Origin: Emiliania huxleyi CCMP1516
Lineage: Eukaryota
Reading direction: 5' to 3'
Assembly (NCBI RefSeq): GCF_000372725.1
Contig: NW_005201287.1
Location: 388,986-452,985, forward strand
Length of the DNA stretch: 64,000 nucleotides
Numbering within the stretch: the stretch's first letter is position 1; each line of letters begins with the position of its first letter. Below the pieces are notes generated by a model. It was not told where the DNA came from. It ran no database searches and saw only the letters and a program-made list of their open reading frames with translations. Below, piece by piece: positions 31,452-43,904 of this stretch. The translations under genes were made by a program, and so were the position numbers.

Positions 31452-34053
31452 ATGGAGCTCTTCTCCGCGCTCGCCGCGAACAATCTGGCCGCCCTGTCGC
31501 TCGCCCTCAGCGCAACCGACGCCGAAGCACGCGACGCACACGGCGTGCCAGCTCTCCTACACGCTACGAGCCCTCGCGCGGCCGCCGCACTCCTCACCGC
31601 CGGCGCCGACGCGAACGCTGTCGACCCTCGCGGCACGTCGGCGCTGCACTGCGCGGCGACGCGCGGCAGCGCAGAGATCGTCCGGCTGCTGCTCGACGCC
31701 TCTGCAGCCGCCGACGCCGCCGACGCCGCCGGCGTGACTCCGCTCATGTCTGCGAGCCTGCACGGCCACACCGAGGCGAGAGAGAGAGAGGACGGAGAGA
31801 GTCGCCACTGACACGTGACGCCCTCCGCGTCCGAGTTGGTCTACCCTCCGATCCGCTCGCTCCCCGCCGGCCAGGTCCTCCGTGACCTCCTCGCAGCGCG
31901 TGCGGACCCCAACGCTGCGGACGGCGGCGGAGGCACCATATCGCCAGATGCGAGCTGCCACCTCGACCCGGCCTAGCCCCGACCCTGACCCGAACCCCCT
32001 AACCCTAGGCACCGCGCTGATGCGGGCCTGCTCTCGCGGGCACGAGGGCGCGGCGTCTCTCCTCCTCGATGCCGACGCCGACGCCGCCGCCACCGACCAG
32101 GACGACGGGCAGACGGCGCTGCATGCGGCGGCCGAGGCGGCGGCGGCATCGCGGCGGCGTCTCTCTGCTCACACCTCGCCTGTCTTGGCCACACGTCGAG
32201 CTGTGGACAGGCGGGGCACCGAGGCGTCGTCTCTCTGCTGGTGCGACGTGGCGCCGACGCATCCGCCACCGACGGCCGAGAGGAGCCGAGATCAGCCGAG
32301 ATCAGCCGAGAGGAGCCGAGAGGAGGCCGAGGGGAGCCGAGAGGAGGCCGAGAGGAGGCCGAGAGGAGGCCGAGAGGAGGCCGAGAGGAGCCGCTGCCAC
32401 CGCCGGGCCGGACGCCCCCTCGGTCTGAAGAGCTGCTCCGTGACGAACCCACCCTCCCCTACCCCACGGTACCCGAACCCACCCTCCCCTACCCCACGGT
32501 ACCCGAACCCACCCTCCCCTACCCCACGGTACCCGAACCCACCCTCCCCTACCCCACGGTACCCGAACCCACCCTCCCCTACCCCACGGTACCCGAACCC
32601 ACCCTCCCCTACCCCACGGTACCCGAACCCACCCTGCCCCTACCCCACGGTACCCGAACCCACCCTCGCTAGCCCCACGGTACCCGAACCCACCCTCCCC
32701 TACCCCACGGTACCCGAACCCACCAGCGGCTCCGTGACGAGCCACTTGGTTTGAGCTCATGGACGCCGTGGGTAGGGGCGGGGCGTACGCCGCTCGTCGC
32801 GGCGGCAGAGGCGCTCAAGGCGCGAGGGGAGGAGGGACGGAGGCGTACGGCGAGATTGGCCCGAGATTGGGGGAGATGACGCGAGATTGGGCCGAGGCTT
32901 AGGCGCGGGGGACGGAGGCGTATGGCGGTGGCGAGTGGCGGGAGGCGAGCTCCGCGCGTGCGCCGACGCGGCGGTGCTGCGGAGTCGGGTCTGGAAGCGG
33001 GGGGGGGTCGTGTGCTCGTAGGCGCTCGGCGTCCGCCGTCGCGGNNNNNNNNNNNNNNNNNNNNNNNNNNNNNNNNNNNNNNNNNNNNNNNNNNNNNNNN
33101 NNNNNNNNNNNNNNNNNNNNNNNNNNNNNNNNNNNNNNNNNNNNNNNNNNNNNNNNNNNNNNNNNNNNNNNNNNNNNNNNNNNNNNNNNNNNNNNNNNNN
33201 NNNNNNNNNNNNNNNNNNNNNNNNNNNNNNNNNNNNNNNNNNNNNNNNNNNNNNNNNNNNNNNNNNNNNNNNNNNNNNNNNNNNNNNNNNNNNNNNNNNN
33301 NNNNNNNNNNNNNNNNNNNNNNNNNNNNNNNNNNNNNNNNNNNNNNNNNNNNNNNNNNNNNNNNNNNNNNNNNNNNNNNNNNNNNNNNNNNNNNNNNNNN
33401 NNNNNNNNNNNNNNNNNNNNNNNNNNNNNNNNNNNNNNNNNNNNNNNNNNNNNNNNNNNNNNNNNNNNNNNNNNNNNNNNNNNNNNNNNNNNNNNNNNNN
33501 NNNNNNNNNNNNNNNNNNNNNNNNNNNNNNNNNNNNNNNNNNNNNNNNNNNNNNNNNNNNNNNNNNNNNNNNNNNNNNNNNNNNNNNNNNNNNNNNNNNN
33601 NNNNNNNNNNNNNNNNNNNNNNNNNNNNNNNNNNNNNNNNNNNNNNNNNNNNNNNNNNNNNNNNNNNNNNNNNNNNNNNNNNNNNNNNNNNNNNNNNNNN
33701 NNNNNNNNNNNNNNNNNNNNNNNNNNNNNNNNNNNNNNNNNNNNNNNNNNNNNNNNNNNNNNNNNNNNNNNNNNNNNNNNNNNNNNNNNNNNNNNNNNNN
33801 NNNNNNNNNNNNNNNNNNNNNNNNNNNNNNNNNNNNNNNNNNNNNNNNNNNNNNNNNNNNNNNNNNNNNNNNNNNNNNNNNNNNNNNNNNNNNNNNNNNN
33901 NNNNNNNNNNNGAGCCCGGGGGAGGGAGAGAGGGAGGGAGAGAGAGGGAGGGAGAGGCAGAGAGGGAGGGAGAGAGGGAGGGGGAGAGAGGGAAAGAGAG
34001 AGGGAGAGAGAGGGAGAGGGAGAGAGGGAGGGAGAGGAGGGAGGGATGGAGAG

Positions 34054-34084
<31 letters not shown>

Positions 34085-35190
34085 GAGAGGGAGAGAGAGG
34101 AGACTGCGCCCCTCCACTGCGTGCTCCATCTCTTCCCGCTGCCTGCTCCCGCCGCAGGCAAGCAGCCTGGCGGTGGACGGCGAGAGCGGGCGGGTGGTGC
34201 GGCGGAGTCACGCCGAGCTTGGCGGTGCATCAAAGGGCCTTCTCGGGGGGGGGGTGCGAGACCTCGCGAGGTTGGGCGAGATGGCGCGAGGGGTGGGGGT
34301 TAGGCGCGACCGAGTCCTACGAGTGGGAGCAGAGCGGCGAAGAGATCACTGTCAGACTGCGCGGCTTGCCTCGCTCCCTCGCCTCGTCGCTGCGCGTTCG
34401 CTCGACCTCCGACTCGCTCGAGGCGAGAGGCAGCCGAGAGGCAGCCGAGAGGCAGCCGAGAGGCAGCCGAGAGGCAGCCGAGAGGCAGCCGAGAGGCAGC
34501 CGAGAGGCAGCCGAGAGGCAGCCGAGAGGCAGCCGAGAGGCGGCCGAGGTGCGGCCGAGGTGCGGCCGAGGTGCGGCCGAGGTGCGGCCGAGGTGCGGCC
34601 GAGGTGCGGCCGAGGTGCAACCGAGTTGCGAGGGGAGAGGGAGCCACCGCTAGCTACTCTGCTCGCACAAGAGTGCTCGCAGCTGCGGCACGCGGTATCG
34701 ACACGACGCTGGCTGAAAAGAAACACGCCGGCCTTCTTTTCCTGCTCGCAGGTGCGGCACGGGGGCGGGGAGCTGCTGCGGGGGAAGCTGCACGCGCAGG
34801 CGGCCGGAGTAGCCGTGGCGGTCTTTGCTACACTAGCCGAGATGAGCCGAGGTTGCGCGCTGCGGAGGTGTGGGACGGCCGTGGGCGGCTCTGAGGTGTG
34901 GAGGAGAGGTGAGGTCGCTCAGGCGGTGTCGGGGGAGCAGCCCACGTCACTCACATGTACATGTACATGTGTGCATGTGCATGTTGTCATGTGCATGTCA
35001 TGTTCATGTGCTTCACTCTGACGCTCGCTCAGGTGGTGTCGGACGAGACCACGTACGAGGTGGAGGGGGAGGGGGAGGGGGAGGGGGCGGAGGGAGGGGG
35101 CGGCTGCACCGTCACCGTCCTCCTCTCCAAGCTGCGGCCGACAGCAGGGCGAGAGCACTGGCGAGAGGTAGCAGAGAGAGAGGGAGGCGG
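31452..35190 (+). CDS. ankyrin-repeat protein, probably with C-terminal CS (p23/NudC-like) domain; spans a gap
   Basis: GTSALHCAATRGSAEIVRLLL, GVTPLMSASLHGH, GTALMRACSRGH, GQTALHAAA. After the gap: YEWEQSGEEITVRL...LLRGKLHA|VVSDETTYEVEG...VTVLLSK...HW, a CS-domain pattern. Linkage across the gap is inferred. Confidence 0.7.
32445..32725. repeat. 30-bp minisatellite (~9 copies)
   Basis: Tandem acccgaacccaccctcccctaccccacggt. Confidence 0.95.
33045..33911. other. assembly gap
   Basis: N run. Confidence 1.
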
Positions 35191-35872
35191 CGGGGAGGAT
35201 TTCCCCCCCAAAGCCAGCCAAAAGGGATTTTAAAGGCCAAAACCCCCCAAAACCCTTTTTGGGGAAGGGAATGTCCCCCCCCCCCCCCTTTCCCCCTTTC
35301 CCCTTTCCCCCTTTCCCGGGCTTGAAAGAGCCCATTTGTTTCCCTCCTCAACGCACGGCCGGGTTGTTCAGTCGCGAGTGACGCTTTGGGCCTTTTGGCC
35401 CGCAGGCCCCCCTTTTTGCAAGGGGAGGTCCAGACGAGACCCCCGCTGCCGCGGAGGGACCCGGAAGCCCCCCCCCCCCCCCCCTCCTCCTCCTCCCCCC
35501 TGCTGCAAGAGCAGGCTTGCGAGAGGGCGGCGTGCACTTCACACCGTCTGTCTGTCAACAGGTGGTCGCGCTGCACGAGGACAACCCCGCGGATGTGCGG
35601 CGGTACCTGCAGCACTGCCGCGGCGAGGGCGAGGCGGGGGCGGACTCTGCATGACCGGAGGGTGGACTCGAGCGGCATCGGCGTGCGTGCTAGTGTTCGA
35701 GTGTGTCGTCGTGGAAGCCAGGACACCCGAGACCCGTCGGGAGGCCCGCGGAAGGGGAAATAAATCCCATTTCAGACGACATGACGCTTTTTACTCCCTA
35801 AGTCGCATAGTATCGACGGTGAAGAACAGCCAGGCTCGGGCTGGGGCGGCTGGACATACTACCAGGTGCGCG

Positions 35873-36366
35873 ACTCGACGCCGCTGAGAGACCGGAGATC
35901 AAGCTCTGACAGGTCGCACGTCGCTCCTTTGAGTTTGACGCCCACGTGACTCACCCGTGCAGAGCACATCAGGACACGGTCTCGACGCGCTCGGTACGCT
36001 GCGACCCCCGTCTCGGGTCAGGTGGCACGACGCTCATCGCGCCTGCCAGCGCTGCCGTGCAGGTTGCCACGACAAGGTCGAGCACGCTTCTATACGCTCG
36101 CCCAGCCTTCCTTTCCATCCCATTAGGCAGCCTGGGAACGGTGGCGGTCAGGGGCAAAGCCTGCGAGGGGTGGTGATACCACATGTCACGGCCACCGCCG
36201 GCTCGACGCGACGATAGCCTCCGGAGGCTGACTTTGAGGCACCATCATCGGACGATGTCGACGAGTTGGGTCGCTCTCGCGGTAGCCAGGTAGCCCCCCG
36301 TACTAGTATCACCAGCCATGCCCATGGCCTCAGGGAGCGCGGGCGAGGGCGCTGGGAGCAACACGG
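35873..36366 (+). repeat. ~490-bp dispersed repeat, direct copy at ~50113-50595
   Basis: Shared from actcgacgccgctgaga...ggagatcaagctctgacaggtcgcacg through gagggcgctgg..gcaacacgga. Confidence 0.92.
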
Positions 36367-36741
36367 ACAAAAAAACATCAAAAGTGGTCATTATGACACC
36401 ACCCGTATTTGCAACTAGTCCCTGGGTCACTAAGAGTAGCAGGGACCCGAGGGACCATGTGGAAGACGGCTAGGGCGGCTAGCCCCCCATCGTGAGGACG
36501 ACCCCGGCTAGTCGCCGACCAGGGTTACCGACCACACCCACAAAGAACCCTGCACAAAGATCGGCACGGCCACGGCGCACGGGCGGGGACCGGGGACCTA
36601 CTCCTAGATGTTCCTTTTTACCCAGCAGAGGTGTCCGTTTTATTTCTTTATTTATTTATCAACTTTTGAACTTGTTGTTTGTTGTCTAGACAGCTGTCTA
36701 GACACGGCGTCGGCCGAGGTGCGCTCTGATGATTGGCAAGC

Positions 36742-37380
36742 TTAGACGCCGGCCTTGCGCTTCATCTCGAGGAGCGCCTCGATCTGAGAGTCGATCCTGC
36801 GAATCTGGATTCGACGACTGCGAATCAAATCCAGGCTCTGGATTCCGCCCTTGCGGTTGCCGCCGAGGCGGCTCTGGATGAACCACGAGGCCAGAATCGA
36901 CGCGCAGAACTCCTTGGCCGTCTGCTCCGCGAGAGCTCGATCATCTTGTGGCGCACGTCGGAGCCCGAGATGGGCGAGGCATCTTGTGGCGCACGTCGGA
37001 GCCCGAGATGGGCGAGGCATCTTGTGGCGCACGTCGGAGCCCGAGATGGGCGAGGCGGTGGTGGCGATGCGCATGATGGAGTGCGAGCGGCTCATGTCGT
37101 AGCCGAAGATGCCGAAGGAGACCGCGGGCCAGAAGTCCTGCACGCGACGCTCGGGTTTTCTCGTGGAAGAGGACGAGGAAGCCGACAAGTCGCTGCATCG
37201 ACGCGATGCGGCCCTCGTACAGCTCCTGCAGCTGGCCCTGCTTCTCCATGAGCTGGGCCGCGTTCATCCCCTGGATGAGCGCATCAGGGACGTGAGGACG
37301 ATCTTCAATGCCCCGAACGTTGATGTTGCGCCACGGGCCGCCGACGTCGGAGATGGCAGGCTCAGTCTCAGACGTCCAGA
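36742..37380 (-). pseudogene. frameshifted fragment of an unknown protein with a 39-bp triplication
   Basis: Coding-like ...LYEGRIASMQRLVGFLVLFHE / RVQDFWPAVSFGIFGYDMSRSHSIMRIATTASPISGSDVR split across frames. gcatcttgtggcgcacgtcggagcccgagatgggcgag x3 at 36941-37056. Confidence 0.5.
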
Positions 37381-39018
37381 CGGCAGAGACGCTCGTAGAG
37401 GCGCATTGGACTTCTTGCCAGAGGCGTTGGACAGCGGGACGGGCTAGCGCGAGGAGGCGAGACGAGGAAGAGACAGCAATGAGGTAGAGTGGCATTGCCA
37501 CGTCGAACAGATGCCCAACACTCCCCCACGACGTGGTAATCGCCACACAAGGCAGAGAGGGCGTGTCGATCGTCGCGTGTTCATCGCGTACAGCTCCGGT
37601 CGTGTCGAGCGGCGACGTCGGAAGTAGCGGCGGCGAAAGGCAGGGTCCACATTCGGTGCGAGATCTTTGCGGTAACTGCCGTTGCAGCAGCCCGAGAGCT
37701 GGTAGCGGAGGCAGCAGCTGCGATGGTGGTCCGTAGGCGAGGAGAACGGACCGGTAAGGATAAGCAAGAGGGGATAAGATACTCGTGTCCACACAGCCGC
37801 AGTGCTGGCGGAGATGCGCTCTGTCGCAGAAGATCCGCAAGCACCCAAGTTGATGTTGCGGTTGTACTCATTCTGCTCAGCCTCCGAGCCAAGCAGTTGG
37901 CGGCCGCTGTGCCACCGTGCGCCGAGCCTCTGTGCCCAGCCAATCACCACGGCTCAAACAGGTGCCCATGGTGCCAGCCAACGTATCGAGCGCAAGCCGG
38001 AAATGCTGTGCGGCAACACATCTCGCTTGTGTGCCGCACCAGCTCTCATGTCGGCCTCAGTGCCGCACTGCTCACTCCGTGCACTCACCGGTCGGTACCA
38101 TGTCAGGAGACGGAACACGGAGGAGCTGTATAGGTCACTAGAGACCCACACCATCGCTACATCACCACAACCACCAAGTCGGATACAAGTCGATGACAAT
38201 GTGCACGGCAGGACAAACCAAACATGAGACACGGTGAGAGAGAGACACGGTTACACAAGGACGGTCAGGCTACGGTCAGGAAGTAGGTTTGAGTTCACAC
38301 TCTCCAACAGATACTCAGAGGTACAAAACCAGCTGGTACTGTGCAGCCGGAAGAAGGCAGTACTTCTACATCGCGCTGCTCTGGGACAATGAGTGGCTAT
38401 ACGCGACAATACCGAACATCAGCAACACATTCGACGACGAGGACGGAACCTTCTTTGGGAAGACAAGCCTGAATGGACCGCTATCGAGTCGCGCCTTGAG
38501 AACTTTGAGCCCAAGTCATTTTCAGCTGCCATCAAGGCAGCTAGCGCATTCACCAGAAAAAGGAATCAGAGTCATCAGGCGGCCTCATCTACGGCTCTAC
38601 GCAGCCATCCGCATCGCCCTCGCCGCAGACCAGCCCTGGTGGCACCGAGCAGTCAGACGAACATATGTCGGATGGCGAGTCTAGTCTAGAGTCTAGTGAG
38701 AGGTCTGATGAGGAATCTAGCGAGGAAGTTAGTAAGGAGTGGGATCATTCAGGAGGACAGTGGGGAGACAGGGGAGGCGTCGAGTGATTTGTCGGGCCAG
38801 GAGTCACTGGGGAGTTTGGGTGACTCTCTGTGTGACTTCCGTTGGAGGCGCGTGACTTCGTGGTTTGTGCCTGCGGGTGCGTGTTTTGTTTAATATCCTG
38901 CCTCAAGGTTATCAAGGGGAATGGGAATTGGGATGCTAGAGAAGCATCTCTAGCATGCTGCTACCGCCAGTTCACTCAAAATTTCAATTTTGCCTTTCGT
39001 TAGGCATCATTCACGACG

Positions 39019-40023
39019 TCATACGAGCAAACTATCCGGTCTAACGGGGTCCTCGAGACCGAAGGCTCTGTACACGCCAGCACGGCGAAAGATGGCCGTC
39101 GGAGCAAAGGTCCGTCGGAAGCGGTGGGCCGCGGCGGCGGCCTCAGAACGCCATCGGCCTCCATCCTCGACGAGCCTCGCAAAGGCAGCTGCAATGTCCG
39201 AGACATTGTCGGCAAAGCGGACGATGCCTTCGTACGAGCTCTCGTCGAGCGCATGCGCGCGCTCGGAGAGTACGAGGCAGTCGCCAAAAGACATGACCTG
39301 CGCCACTCGGACGGCCTCCAATGCGGCCCGCGCCCCGCACTTCTTATGGAGATTGACGCACACTGTCGCGCGCTGCGATAGCCGTTGCCCAAATGCCTCC
39401 TCGCCAAACGCCTTGTAGGTGTACGTGAGCATCGCGCCAACGCGCACGAGCCGACGCGAGAGCTCTCCATAACACTTGTGCCTGCCTCCCTCATAAGGAT
39501 TGCCCAAGAAAAGCAGCACCGGCGACGCGCTTGACGGCGCCGAAGCGTTGACAATGGCGTGACGGTATGCACCGGGTGGCACGTAGCGCGGCCTCGGCGC
39601 GTTGGCGCTTGCGTTGGCACAGCGCATGCTCTCCTCATAGTTGAGCATCGAGTACTCCCAGTTCTCCTTGATATGTCGGTTGAACATGCATTTTGATTTT
39701 GTGGAAATCAACGGCACTGGCTCAGTTTTATAGTGCACAGTGTGCACGCCAAGCTCGCGCAACCGGCCCCATGCGACATGATAAGAACCTATGGGGCCGA
39801 TCCATGCAAAGAAGTCGTCGCGCTGAACCCAGCTGTGCAACCACGTCATGTTAGCAACCGCGTCAGGGTTGCGTATACAGCCTGTGGCAACGTGCGCACC
39901 ACCGGCGGCAAAGCCCTGTGCGAGAGTCTGCATGACAGGCTCGTACATGAAGGTCAGGCGCCAGATGTCGCAGCCTTGCCACAGCACGACGCGCATTCTC
40001 TGCTTCCGTCTTTTCTTTTGCAA
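39019..40023 (-). CDS. putative glycosyltransferase (GT-B-like C-terminal domain)
   Basis: 334-aa ORF; LLFLG...VCVNLHK...LEAVRVAQVMSFGDCLVLSER resembles the Glyco_trans_1_2-type nucleotide-sugar-binding motif. Confidence 0.55.
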   Translation of the reverse strand: MQKKRRKQRMRVVLWQGCDIWRLTFMYEPVMQTLAQGFAAGGAHVATGCIRNPDAVANMTWLHSWVQRDDFFAWIGPIGSYHVAWGRLRELGVHTVHYKTEPVPLISTKSKCMFNRHIKENWEYSMLNYEESMRCANASANAPRPRYVPPGAYRHAIVNASAPSSASPVLLFLGNPYEGGRHKCYGELSRRLVRVGAMLTYTYKAFGEEAFGQRLSQRATVCVNLHKKCGARAALEAVRVAQVMSFGDCLVLSERAHALDESSYEGIVRFADNVSDIAAAFARLVEDGGRWRSEAAAAAHRFRRTFAPTAIFRRAGVYRAFGLEDPVRPDSLLV

Positions 40024-40369
40024 CGGGCATTACGCCTCGGCATCGCAAGACACCCACTGACGCACGATGCTCTTGTACCACGCAGCGAAGTGCGACCTCC
40101 AATCGGCTGACAGGCACACACACATGTCAACAAACAAACGCCTCGCGCGCGCGTGAACTCCAGCCAGGCCCCAAATGATGTGAACCGCGCCATTCGCTCT
40201 CACCTGGCAACCCTGTCTGCACGTCTCGCGCGCGCGTGAACAGGGCTCCAGGCCCCAAATTACGTGTGAGTGTTAGAGTTGTTTGGTATTGCTAAAATCT
40301 CTCTCTCAATGATGTGTGAGTGTTAGAGTGAGTTGTTTGGTATTGCTAAAAATCTCTTCTCTCTCTCAT

Positions 40370-42300
40370 GTCTGTCCGGCGCAAACAGACCCATAGACCT
40401 CGCGTCGTCGCGCAGTGCACAAAAAGCTCGTCGAAAAGAGTGATCATCTCCTTCGCGTCAGGGTACAGCTCTGGCTGTATGGTTCTTGCACTTGTGCAAG
40501 ATTGGGCGTCTTCTGCCGCAGTCCCTTTAATGGGAGGCCCCAGGGTGGGGGCCACCTCGAACCCCCGGCCAGGGATTCGAGCGGAGGGTGCCCCGGATTC
40601 ATCTATCCGTTGGGCCCCGGTACATTCATTAGAACTGATCACTTTGCGCAGCAGCCGTCCCTTCGCCGACTGGACGGCAGTGCGCTGCGTTGTCGCTCTG
40701 TCGTGCACGCTCTCGTGCCTCGTTGTTGTGACACGGGAGTAGAGTCGAGAGGTAGCCCTCGACGAGACGACCGGCGCTGCGATGCCAGACCTCACTGCCG
40801 CCGAGCTCAGCATTCCGGCCGAGCAGCACCCCGATCCCGCAAAGCCACTGGTGATACCCGTCGACTCAACAGTGGTGGGCTCTACCCTGCGCTTCATTCC
40901 GTGGTCTGTGGTGGGCAATCCGGCCTTCCTCCAGCTGCCCCCTCCTCCTGGTCGAGCAAGTTCCCGAAGGAGGTCAAGCCCACCATAGCACACCTCAAGC
41001 GCGACGCAACCAGGCTGCGCCGTGACGCCCACCTTCTGGGAGAGCCGATATACCTGCTGACGGACGACGCCAAGGATTACTTCCAGTGGGGAGCCCTCCT
41101 TTTCCTGGGCGCACATGGTGGTGGCGGCGACGATACTCCAAACCGGCGAAGGCATGGGCAGCTCGAGGAGGCGACCGCTGGCCCTCTCCTGTCGGACTGA
41201 TGGCCCGAAACAACTACCAAGACTTTGTCGAGCTCAACGTCTCTACCTGTGGCGCGACCGACGCAACTGCGGAGGTGTTAACTGCTGTCGGCAACAGCCA
41301 GCCGGAGGGCAACCTCGTTAGGAGGCTAGAGATCTCCCTCATCCGGGGGGAGGATCGCCCTGCCACAGCTACGCGAGCGACGCCAGCTTGCGAGACGTTC
41401 AATTCGAGCATTCGGGCCGCGCGACCTATGGAGACCCAGCCAGAGGCAAGCGTGGGCGCTGCCCAAGCGGATCGCCGGCAACTAGTGCCGCCCGCGCCTG
41501 GCGCGACCGCCTTCAAGCGCGGGCGGCCCGTGACTTTGCTCCATCAAACGGGACAAGGCAAAAACACAGTTGCACAGATACATGCCGGCGGCGCGACTCC
41601 CCCCCGCAGATCGTCCTCAGTGGGGGAGACCGCGACACCGGTGACGGAGCGCAGTTGGGAGTGTCTTCGGCTCACGCCAGGGCGCTCGTTGCTCCTCCGT
41701 CTCTTTGTATCTTCCATACTGCATTTATCAGAAGACGTATGGTTCTTGCACTTGTGCAAGATTGGGCGTCTTCTGCCGCAGTCCCTTTGATGGGAGGCCC
41801 CAGGGTGGGGGCCACCTCGAACCCCCGGCCAGGGATTCGAGCGGAGGGTGCCCCGGATTCATCTATCCGTTGGGCCCCGGTACATTCATTAGAACTGATC
41901 ACTTTGCGCAGCAGCCGTCCCTTCGCCGACTGGACGGCAGTGCGCTGCGTTGTCGCTCTGTCGTGCACGCTCTCGTGCCTCGTTGTTGTGACCCACCCTG
42001 TCCCACCCGTGTGTGATCAGTGTCTACGGAGGGGAGTGTCTTCGGCTCACGCCAGGGCGCTCGTTGCTCCTCCGTCTCTTTGTATCTTCCATACTGCATT
42101 TATCAGAAGACCAAACAGCTTTCGCACCTGCACGCCGATATTGGACCCGACGTCCAGGTAGCGCCTTTGCCTGGAGCCGTGATTTTTTGACTGCCCCATT
42201 GATGCCATTGTGCGCTCCTGGAGCACCGCACAATGGTTTGCGTGACTGCCTCCTTGCCATTGTGCTCGGCTGAAAACCAGCAGCGCAAGGCCGATGACTA
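40370..42300 (-). pseudogene. FkbM-like methyltransferase fragment split by a retroelement
   Basis: TM segment, then YLDVGSNIGVQVRKLF (SAM-binding-like). Excising 40477-42111 restores RKLF-E-PELYPDAKEMITLFDELF. Confidence 0.65.
40477..42111 (+). mobile_element. deleted tyrosine-recombinase retrotransposon with split direct repeats (Ngaro/PAT-type)
   Basis: A1 40477-40732 matches A2 41737-41992; B1 41657-41736 matches B2 42032-42111; order A1-internal-B1-A2-B2. RT-like remnant KFPKEVKPT...EPIYLLTDDAKDYF. No TSD. Confidence 0.88.
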
Positions 42301-43023
42301 ACGCACGCTCGGAGGCCGATTGGTCTCTCCGTGGGCCGCACATACGGCGCTGCGCTCAGCGTTGGACAGACAGCTGTCGGTCTGTTATGCAGATCCGGGC
42401 GCTTGAAACGCTCTTCTTGGATGAAGGCACTCCGGCGGCACCGAAACCTGGAACCCCGCCTCGACTACAGCAACAATGGGGCGGGGTGGTGACTGCAGGT
42501 GCTGCGATGTTCAGTAGATCGAGCAACTTCACGATCACGCACACTAAACAACGGTATTGCTAGAAATCTCTCTCTCGCACACTCGCGTCTCGGCTGTGAC
42601 CTGACGGCGTTGTGCACGGTGGCCTGATCCAGACAGACAGATTAAGTCAAGAGCGCACATCGCCTGTCACGACAGCGTTACATTTGTGATGCCATCGTCG
42701 AATCCGCGTCATCGAGCGTGCAAGGACCAAGGTGGGGTGTTCAACTCGGGTGGCACACACACACTACAGGAAAGAAATGGCAGTACGACCAGACGTCGTG
42801 GTCGGCGCGCGAATGGATGCCCGTTTGCGCTGCAGCGACTGGTCATTGCAGCTCTGGACGGCGCTCGCGGACGAGGCACAGCGCGCCATTGATTGGCAAC
42901 AAAACAACAACCTCTTGATTGGAGAGAGAGATTTTTAGCAATACCAAAAACAACTCTAACACTCACACGTCATTTGGGGCCTGGAGCCCCTGCACAATGA
43001 TGTTTATGGTGGCTTGCGGGGGG

Positions 43024-43904
43024 CTGAGGGAGGGTGTAGAGGATGTAGAGTGTAGAGCGCTGTAGAGCTGTAGAGATGTAGAGCGCTCTGGAGCGCTGTA
43101 GAGCTGTAGAGCTCTACATCCGCCGCGTGACGAGGCGCCTGCGTTGTAGAGCGATGTAGAGCGCGATTTTGTTGTAGAGTTTGTTGTAGAGGCTCTACAG
43201 CCAAACCGCCGGGAAGGCAGTGACTCAAAGAGGTCGAGCCGCGCTAATGGGGTGTCTCCGAGCTTAGTGAAGCTCTGATGGACAGCCCTGACTATCCCTG
43301 ACACACAGAGAGTCCCTCTGACGGCACACAACACCCTATAACTGCGTCATGACCAGCCTGCCATGTGTCGCCGGTGCCGCATTCGTCGCTGTGCTTCTTT
43401 AGCAGGCGGTGGACTGTCGGCTGCGAGGACGGTCGCATTTGCGCGAGGCGAGGCGAGCATTCAGACGCGTTGCATGCGCCATGACTCGCGCCAGCGCGTG
43501 CGGGAGCTCCTGGCTGAGCGTTGAGTCCAGGCGAGTTGCGCTGGCCACTATCGCTACGCCGAGCCGAGCTGACGCGCCGAGGCGCCGGCCAGTCGCAGCC
43601 GTGAGGCATGCCATAGCAGCAGAGGCACCTGCCACCCATTGGGCGGGCAGACAGAAGGCCAGGGCAGCACTGGCAAGTGCAACGCGCCTCATGTCGGAGA
43701 GCGACCGTGCCTCGTTCGCCGCTTATGATGTAGAGTTTGTTGTAGAGATTTCACGTTGTAGAGCGCCTCTACATCGCTCTACAACGCAGGCGCCTCGTCA
43801 CGCGGCGGATGTAGAGCTCTACAGCTCTACAGCGCTCTCCAGCACTCTACATCTCTACAGCTCTACAGCGCTCTACACTCTACATCCTCTACACCCTCCC
43901 TCAG
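43024..43904. mobile_element. hAT-type MITE, 881 bp, ~140-bp TIRs built of TGTAGAG units
   Basis: ctgagggagggtgtagaggatgtagag... and ...ctctacatcctctacaccctccctcag. 8-bp TSD GCGGGGGG at 43016-43023 and 43905-43912. Confidence 0.9.

Noticed and set aside
32445..32725. 30-bp repeats as CRISPR or a Pro-rich protein
   Set aside because: Pure tandem minisatellite; the repeat ORFs are by-products.
32669..35021. Long ORFs of 444-699 aa
   Set aside because: Artefacts of translating through the N gap.
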